Assembly (NCBI GenBank): GCA_964016885.1
Contig: OZ024741.1
Coordinates: 280,612,001-280,676,000 of the forward strand
Origin: Eledone cirrhosa
Taxonomy: Eukaryota
Direction: 5' to 3'
Length of the DNA: 64,000 nt
This document shows, one piece after another, positions 50,101 through 60,231 of this stretch. Each line of letters opens with the position of its first letter. The first letter of the stretch is position 1. The position numbers and the translations under genes are program-made. The notes under the pieces were generated by a model. It saw nothing but the letters and a program-made list of their open reading frames with translations, ran no database searches and was not told where the DNA came from.

Positions 50101-53100
50101 GGTGAAAGTGTGAATGTACGTGTATGTGTGTAAATGTATGTCTGTGAGTGTGTATTTTTGTAAGCATGTCTGTGGTTGCACGTTTATATTTATATACTCA
50201 TACATATAAATGTATGCATATGCACATACACACACACACACTCACATATACACATACGCATCAGTGTATGGAAAAAAATTCTAGTACCATATTTATATGA
50301 GTGCTATGTCACAGTACTGAAATAGTTTATTTTTTTATTCTTTCACTTCTTTCAGTCAGAAGACTGCAGTCATGCTGGGTCACTACCTTCATTTAGTCAA
50401 TCATATTGACACCAATACTGTTTTTGTTTCATGCCTGGTATTTATTTTATCAACGTCCTCTTGTCAAACTGCTAAGTAGCAGAACATAAGCACATACACA
50501 CGGCATTGTGTATGTGTGTCTGTCTGTCTATGTGTATATATATTATAAAGAAGAGAGACAGTTTTAAGTATACATCCTCTGTTTATTATATAGTCCTGTT
50601 ATACATATTTTAAAGACATCAAAGTGGTTGTATAATGGTTTCTTATATAGGCACAAGGCCAACAATTTTGGGGGAGGCGAAAGTCGATTAAATCGACCCC
50701 AGTGCGTGACTGGTACTTTATTTTATCGACGCCATAAGGATGAAAGGCAAAGTTAACGTCAGCAGGATTTGAACTCAGATCATAAAGGGACGTAACTCTA
50801 TGCTGCACAGCATGTCGTCCGACCCTCTACCGATACTGCCAAACCAACGCCCTAAAGTGGTTGTATAATAACCTTATGACATGTTTTGATCAGACAAGTT
50901 GTAATAACAGTTTACTTCTCGAGAGCCTATTTTCAATTGTGGCTGCAGAAAGAAGCTGCCTCTTTTGGAACTTATAGGGTGACATCCCCAGATCATCTCG
51001 ACATATCCTCCGTATAGTTCTCGGCGATGTTTCTGCTTCTTCTGCCATTTTTCTCATGGACCTTCTTGGATTACGCCTTATTTTTTCCCTCACACTTTTA
51101 ACAAGTTTTGGTGTTCTTGAGGTGCGAGGGCGTCCGGATCGAGGTCTGTCTTTGGGTGTGGAAGTGTCCTTAAATCGATTAATTGTCCTTTTGATCAACA
51201 TTCTATTGATCTTAAGAATTTTCCCCAGTTTAAATATCTTGGGTGGAGTCAGGCCTTTTTCATGCTTCTCTATTATGAACTTTCTTTTCAATTCTATGGA
51301 CATTGCAAATTGTTAATGGCGTAATGTTCTGAAAAATAGTTAATATGGTTATAGTGCATGGATTTGATACAAATATATTAGTTATATTAGCAACATAATG
51401 TATTTTTAAATTGATTTAAAACTTTGTAACAGGAATTATGCCCCACCCTGTATATATATATTTGGAAGCCTCTTCAATGTTGATGGTTAAATCTTGTGGC
51501 AACAAAATCCAGTAGCAATAGGAGAAGGAAAAAAAAAAACGAATGTAAATAAATGTAACAGGCGTAAGGAGAAAAGAGGAAGAATGCTAGAGTCTGTATA
51601 CCTTAAAAGATTTATTAGTCCCTATATTTCGGATTCACATCCATCAATGGGAGTGGTTTTCCGAAGGGAAAATAAAAATGTCAAACATTGCTGGTTGTAT
51701 GATTGTGTTTAAATTTGAAAGTTGTGTGGTGTGGTTGTACATTCTGTTTAGAATTTAAAAGAATTTTTGACAGTTATTCGTTGGACCTGTGCATGCATGG
51801 GGTAAACAAAAGGTTGTGCTAGATATTGCTGCTGTAACTCTGTGTGTGTGTGTGCACGTGTCTTAACCAATATTACACCAACCATAGTCCACAGCTCTCG
51901 GATCTGCTGTTTATTGGAGGCTCTAATCGATTTTTTTGAATTTTAAACAGAACATACAGCCATGCATGCACGAGTCCAATGAACAACTTACAAATTTAAA
52001 CAGAATCATACAACCAGTAATGTTCAACAACGTTTTTATTTTCCCTTCGGAAAACCACCCCCGTTGATGGATGTGAATCCAAAATATAGGGACTAATAAA
52101 TCTTTTAAGGTACACAGACTCTGGCATTCTTCCTCTTCTTTTTCCTCTTTTCTCCTTACGCCTGTTACATTTATTTACATTTGTTTTCCTTTTCCTTCTT
52201 CTCCTATTGCCACTGGATTTCATTGCCACAAGATTTATCCATCAGCATTATAGAGGCTTCCAAACTGACTATTTTTTTCTTATTCCACAATGCTTTAAGC
52301 AAACCTGAACACTCTCTTATATATAGTGTGTGTCTTATATATATAGTGTGTGTTGCCAAAGGAAAGGCAATGGTCGATATAGCTTGGCACCAGTGACATC
52401 GCCACTCATTTCTACAGCTTAGTAAACTGGAGTATGGCTTAGTGGTTAGAGCATTGGGCTTGTATTTGTGAGTTCGATTCCTGGATCGGGTGATGCATTG
52501 TGTCCTTGAGCAAGACACTTTATATATATATATGAGGTTGTTTCATCTGCAAGAAAGATGGTCTGTTTTTTGGAGTGGAAAAAGCATCATGTTTACCTGG
52601 AAAGAAGTATGCAGTTATTAATAAGAAGAGTTGAAATTAAGGCATACAAGATTTCATAGCTCTAGCATCACTCCTTCATAGTCAGCCTATGAACGTTTCA
52701 GCCCACCTTCTATATATATATATATGTATGTATATATATTTAAAAAAAACAACAAAAGGCTAAACTTGAAATATTCTTTTAATATTGTAAAATCACAGTA
52801 CGTATTTCTGTGGCCTGGTTACATCATCAGATCATGACATAAGACTTTAGCAATATCATCAGGTATAGATTGCAAAGATTTGATAATCAATAACAGGATC
52901 ATGGCAAACATAAACAGGCTTGATTTGGAGACAGCCCACCATTCGGTTCTAATGTGAATACCTGCTCCCTATGGCACTCACTCAGCGTTGCTAAGCATTG
53001 TGGGTCAGTTGGCATGACCAAGGAGGGTGGGGGTTGTTTGGTGGTAACACAAATTCTGCTGTCCTCAGATCATGCTACACCATTAATCAGAATCAACAAT

Positions 53101-54067
53101 CTGACACTAAGACAGGTCAGGGGTACTAAACATTGTGTAGCAGAAGATTCTGGCCAACAACCAGCAAAGTTTAAAGGAGATGGATGCTGTAAAAATATAA
53201 AAGATTGTCAGTATGAGAAACTAGAGGTAAATGTTATAGTAAATAAATGAAGACAAATAAATTCAGAAAAAATATAAAGATAATTTTCCATTAAGATTTT
53301 TCGAAAGCATGTAATTGCATTCCCTCTCTTTTTTGTTGTTGTTTTTGCTGTTGTTGGTGTGATAGCAGCCTTTAGTCGTATTACTAACACAGTCTCGTCC
53401 TTCTTCAGCCAATCGTGTATATCTCCTTCTGCCTCGTTTACCTAAACAATGATTGTAGCATCTCCTTGTACACAATATTCCTTGTTCTTCCGTGTCGGGC
53501 ATATGCAAAGCGATTTGTCTTGCTTCCCACTCTTGAGCAGCCAATGTATAGTTGCCCGTGTGAAAAACATGACTCTTCCAAAAGAAGACCAGCAACAGCT
53601 AGGGTCTGACCCTGGGATTTGTTGATAGACATTGCAAAGCTGGCACGGTTCGGCGAATGGTTCGTTGATTGTCTGTTTCAAGTGCTCTTCTGGTGGCAGT
53701 ACCTTCAGCATCTTGTGACCATCGAATAGCAGATTCCACTGACGATTCGTTTGCCCGCCTTGTTCTTTTTCTTGCCACTTTCACATTATTTCGGCCAATG
53801 GAGTATCTCTTCCTTCAAGGCATGACCTAAAAGCAGGACAAAGTACACTAAGACTAACTGGTAGAGTAAGGAGTAAACTCGTCAGTGATGCATGTGATTT
53901 CTGAACCGTTGACTATGTAATTGCTGATCTTGTGCCAAAAGTAGTGGGACTTTTGGGGTGGCATATCGGCAGTAACAATGACGCTAAGCCGTCTGTGCTT
54001 TCGTGAAATAAATACATTTGTTTATATTTTATTTTTGTGTATGCAAAAATATCTGTACACGAATATA

Positions 54068-54098
<31 letters not shown>

Positions 54099-57000
54099 TA
54101 AAATAACAGATTAAAGTTTAAGCAAAGAATCGCTGCTTTTACCTTTAACGGGATCTTCTGAAACAAAAAAATCAATCTGTGAACGCAGAAGTAAATATTT
54201 CGAAAATCGTTGCAATCGAAGGAAAACAAAAAGACGATACTTTGGTTCGTGAAGACGTCCCCTGGCAATGAACGGAAAATAGCGAAAATAATACGTCAGC
54301 AATGAGAAGAATTTTTGTCATAATGTCGTAATGCAGACAGTCAGACATACAGACAGATATTATAAGGGTGCGACGTTATAGCTATGTATCTATCTAAAAA
54401 GACAGACTAAGAAATAGAGAGAGATCGATAACTGGTGCCTAACAGCCTTTTAACAACAGAAAATTGAAAAATAAAAGCTGCAGTTAATATCTTTAGACCG
54501 CAAGGAATGTATAAATGCAAGTTTGAAGTCAATCGGAGTAGAAATGTGGATTTCTATAGACGTTGCAAAAATTAGGACACACAGACAATTTCAGTTTTAT
54601 ATATATGTATAGATTGTGAAAAGTATTCATAGTATAAGGTTACGAAAAGTGGGTGATTATAATTCTAATGTTAGTGATTAGTTAAAAGTAAATCATTAAA
54701 GGTTAAGTAAACTTGTTTGTGCTCACATGTGTGTTTGTATTGCAAAAGAAAATTATGGCATGGCCTTTTCACAAGACTGATGTAACAGCCCTCAGCATTT
54801 CTGAAAAATTCGAGAGAGGGTTCCAGTGACCGAATACTTTCAATATACTGAAGAAAGGAGAAATTTCTCGAACACTAAATTCAATTAATTCCAAGCACTC
54901 AAATTATAGAAGCAAATCCCAACGTCTTGCATGTAACTCAGAAGACAGCTAGGTGGTTTGTCGGTGGTGTAACACTTACCAGATAATGATAATAATTGTT
55001 TCTACTTTTGGCACAAGGCCAGCAATTACCCAGTACATTACTGGTACTTTATTTTATCGACCCTGTAAGGATGAAAGGCAAAGTTAACATCGGCGGGATT
55101 TGAACTCAGATCATAAAGGGACGTAACTCTATGCTTCAAAGCATAGTGTCTGACTATCTACCAATACTGCCGATCCACATTATAATAATCCTACAGATAA
55201 AAATATCCTACATAACATAATAGATTATATGCAATATGGCAGGATTTAAACTCAGAATGTAAAGAGCTGAAACAAATGCCATGTAGCATTTTGTACACTG
55301 CCCTTCTGTGTAGAAATGATAATTTTGTGCTATGTTGCTTTGATGCTGAAATCTGAATATATATAACTTAACTGAGACATCTTCTATATCTCTTTCTCAC
55401 TTCCATTCTCTCACTCTCTATCCTCCTCTGGAAGAAATCTGCTGTATTCAGACCTGGAGAAGGATGGGCTCTGCCAGATTTTAAAATGCCCTAGAAACGC
55501 TGTATGTCAATATGGCACCCCAACAACTCTGGAGAGGGATGGGCTCTGTTAGGTTTTAAAATGCCCTAGAAACACTATATGTCAATATGGTGTCCCAGCG
55601 ATTCCCTCAGGAGTTACGGGAAGAAGGGAGAAGAGAGAACTGGGACATTAAATTTGACATACGTTGTCTTGTCTTTGTTTGCTTTATTTACTTCATCTTG
55701 TCTTTCTGTTTCAACACATGATTTCACATGAAAACAAATACAAAACAAAGTTAAAATTTTCAATATATTTCCAGAAAATTTGAAGATACTCTCTTTGGGC
55801 AGAAACAAAATCAAAGTTTTAACTGGATTGGTGAGTTCATTTCAAAATTTTAGATTTTATGGGTTTTTTTTTAATAGTGGACCTCTGCTGTCAATAATGG
55901 TTTCTGATTTAGGCACTAGGCCAACAATTTCAAGGAAAGTCAATTAAATCAACCCCAGTGCGTTACTGATACTTAATTTTATTGACTCCATAGGAACAAA
56001 AGGCAAAGCTAACCCCAGCAGAATTTGAACTGAAGTTAGCTTTGCCTTTCATCCCTATCGATAAAATAAAGTACCAGTAACGCATTGGAGTTGATTTAAT
56101 CTGGGGTCAATAATGATGGCAATAGTGTTGAATGTATCATTCATATAGGTGCAGTTGTGGCTGTGTCATTTAGAAGTTCATTTCTAAAACATGTAGTACT
56201 GGGTTCTGCCCTGCTGCATGGCACCTTAGGCCAACTAATGCCTTGTTAGTGGAATTTGGTAGATGGGAACTGTGTGAAAGCCTGTCATTTGTATGTATAT
56301 GTGTGTTTCTTTATGTCTCAGCCTCAAAAACACTAAGTCAGTGAATTTCTGCCATATGAGTTGGCATCAGGAAGGGCATCTGGCTGTAGATATTTGTCAT
56401 GAATAAAGCAGTGTTTAATTGTTTGAATACACTATTTGTATGCCATATATGCCAGGATTACCAGTAGTGTGTAGAGTCTCCCTTCACTCATAGTATTCCT
56501 TCATCATCTCTCTCTCTCTGATTATAACCACTCACACCGTGGATCAGTTTAACATATACTAAGCAACACCATAACACCATACCAAAAATGGATTTAAATT
56601 CCAATGAAAGCAGCCTTGAGGAGTTCCTCAATATGCTTATGCATACATTTCTTTTTTTTTCTTCTTTTTTTTTGCATATTGCTGAGGAATACCACCTCTG
56701 ATCTACAAGTCAACAAACGTGACCTGTATGTAGTTGTTTGACCTGCTAGAAATAGACAGCTGGATCTCTTTCAGTCACATCCCACTATCTTAAATAAAAT
56801 GGAAGGACACATTAAATAATGTAGTTCTATTCACAATATGTCTGAGAAAAAAACTGTGATCATGGCAGGAATACATTTGGTCATAGGCTCACTCATTCAG
56901 GGTTAATCTGGGGCTAACAATAACAACCTCTCATCTACTCTGATTGTTGTGTCTTTTCATTTTTGTTTTAAGATGATGGGGGTATGATTTAGGGGGTTTC

Positions 57001-58974
57001 AGCTGCTATTTCTAGCAAGTCAAATGATCACATATCAGTTTCGTTTGTTAACTTGTAGACCAGATGTGATGTACCTCAGCATTTTCAATAGGAAGGAACC
57101 TCAATTATTTGAGTTGAAATTAAGAAATTCATTGTTGTATTCTCAAGGATGCTGTTGGCGAAACCCTTGAACAGCTGTGGATTTCCTATAACTTGATAGA
57201 AAAACTGAAAGGAATTAGCGTTCTGAAAAACCTTCGGGTGAGTAATATTCAAGAATATTTTGACTGTTGATTTAGCAAAGATTTGAAATATTCAACTAAA
57301 TATGTTTATAGTGTCTAACATTCTTAGTCTCAGTTCTGAAGTCTTATTTTCAAAATTCTAGTCAGTGAGAATTTTCAATTTTGCTGAGCTAAAGGACCTT
57401 TTGTAATGCCAAAGACCATTTTACAAAATAAAAAAAAATAAAAATCTTTTTTTGAAATGTTGAAGACCATTTTTATAAATCTTCTGAAACTAATGGCTTA
57501 TCCTCAGATCAGCAATCTGGTCAAAATGTTTGGCTAAGTTATGTTGCAAATAATATCTTAAACAGTGGCATATTGCTGGGGGTATGTGGAAAATTTAGTT
57601 TTGTTGGAAAATCTGTTTAATTTTCAAAAAATATTGTATGTATGTACATATGTATGTACATACAAATGTATGTATGTACATATGTATGTTTGCAGGATAT
57701 CTGAAGATAAAAGGTCAAGGAAAACAATGTTCCATCTATTACAAGAGAGTTTATTTAGTATACAGTGTACCCCCAACATTCACGATCCCAGCTATTTGCG
57801 GAATTTTCCTTAGAACCTAACTAATAATTGTTCATGGAAACCACCGCATATTTGCAGAATCGTAAATATCTTCCGTGATTTATTTAATGGCTTTTTTTGT
57901 GGCAATATATATTTTTTGAATGCTAAATTATTAATAACAATATACCATATTTGCTGGCCTATTGGACGCCCCTTCGCATAAGACACTCTCTTTTTTTTAA
58001 TTATATTTTACCTTGTATTTTGACGTTTATAGGCATTTTTATGGACCACGTCTAATATTCACGGTTTTTCACTCTTCGCAGGTGCTCTAGGAACGAAACC
58101 CCTGCGAATACCTACTGTATTTAAAATTTCATACACTTAACATGTATGCATGACCTTAGCTTTTGGGGTTCAGTTATGACCACCATTGTTTAGATTTTTT
58201 CATAATTTTTTCATGGTGCCTGATGAGAGGCCAGTTTTGAAATGGCTCCTTCACTAATCAGTGGTGGCTGCAACTGAACCCTGAAACCTAAGGCCGCACA
58301 TAGGGTATGACATTTTAAATATACTATATATATATATCTTGAATGTAGCTTTCATCACACTGGCTATATCGTCCACCCTCAAAATTCCTTTTATTACTCC
58401 TACTATCTGATGAAATCTAGCTAAGCATAGACTAATGTCTGGTACAGGTCCCACCACATGGTTAAAAGGATTTCCGTTTGGTAATTTACGACCACAGTTC
58501 TGTGGTAGGTACATGAGACCAGATTCACTAATTGAAACATAGATAACACCTTGCTCCACAAATTGTAAACACAATGACTGAGAAAGAACCTTTAGGAACT
58601 TATATGTCAGCTGGGCACACGAGTAGAAGGACGTGTTTTTTTGCCTGCAGCATATCACAAAATTGGATTTTCATCTGAAGATACTGTTCTTATAACAACA
58701 ACAAATGCATAAATTACATCTTGGATTGCATAAGAGAACCATTGAAATAATTATTATGAATAAACGGTTTATGTAACATCAGCATTTTTCTTAATGTTAT
58801 TTTTATATATATAGGTAAAATTCCATTATAACAAATTTTTCTGTATAACAACATTTTTCCAGTTCCCGAGGTAATAACAAACAAACGGTCGATTTATTTC
58901 GGTCGATCTCGTTATAAAGAATTTTTCGTTACAACAAATTTTCTATACCCCGGGAATTTTGTTATAACGGAATT

Positions 58975-59015
<41 letters not shown>

Positions 59016-59628
59016 GAAAGTATAGAAATTATTGTGAGCGTGAAGCCAACAGTATTTCATAATATATAAGTGACTATAACGTCAAAATGGAAAAATAGTT
59101 AACGTAAGATGTGGGAAAATAATTCAAACTCAATTTAAAAAAAAAAAAATCAAGACATTGACTTATCCACAGAATTTTGTGAAATCCAGGGAAAAATCAA
59201 TACACCCTTAATTCAGAATAAAATAAAGTCTAAATACTCATCCTACAATTTGGAAAATCTACAAATGCTCTGTATAGTTTTAAAAAAACTATTTCACGAA
59301 ACTTTCAGTGGGGATGGTCACGGTTGGAGTCGATCGTCAGCAGAGCTCAAAATCCGATAACCCTAGTCCACTGTAGAATATGCCAAAAGGGAATTAAAAA
59401 CAGACTAGTTTACATCATGCGTAATTATGAAAATAATGCACATGGAGAAACATGGCTGGTGAAGTCAGAATGAGACGAATGTCTGTTTACAAGAAACAAC
59501 AGTCAAAAACATTCCGAAAAAAAACTCTACAAATGTAAGGAGTTCAGCAAAAAGAGCAATATTATCGCGGTTTAAAAAAAAAAACACCGGGATTAGTCAC
59601 AAATAATTTTAAGCACTCTAGGAAAGAA

Positions 59629-59666
<38 letters not shown>

Positions 59667-60173
59667 AAAGTTCTATTTAAATTGTTGGGATACAACAAGT
59701 AAATATTTTTATAACTGATATAAAGCACTCGACAAGTATTTGGAGTAGATATACGATATTAATAAATGGAAACTATATTTATAAAACCATATTTATTTCA
59801 TTATACATATTTCAAGGATACCAAATTAAATTATGGTATGCCAACAGTATTTCATAATATATAAGTGACTATAACGTCAAAATGGAAAAATAGTTAACGT
59901 AAGATGTGGGAAAATAATTCAAACTAAATTTAAAAAAAAAAAAAATCAAGACATTGACTTATCCACAGAATTTTGTGAAATCCAGGGAAAAATCCAGATG
60001 GCCTCCAAAAATAATGGTCGCATTTTAAAAGGGTACGTCAAAGCTTATTTGTAAAACTGTTATATATTGTATTTTGTCTGATGAAGGCATACCATAATTT
60101 AATTTGGTATCCCTGAAATATGTATAATGAAATAAATATGGTTTTATAAATATAGTTTCCATTTATTAATATC

Positions 60174-60231
<58 letters not shown>

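Noticed and set aside
58213-58260. CTGATGA...GAAA hammerhead-like core (similar partial cores at ~44406 and ~54850)
   Set aside because: Stems I and III cannot be formed convincingly, or the GAAA is mutated
58254-58658. 134-aa minus-strand ORF
   Set aside because: No recognisable motif or splice context; it lies among repeats in a DNAL1 intron
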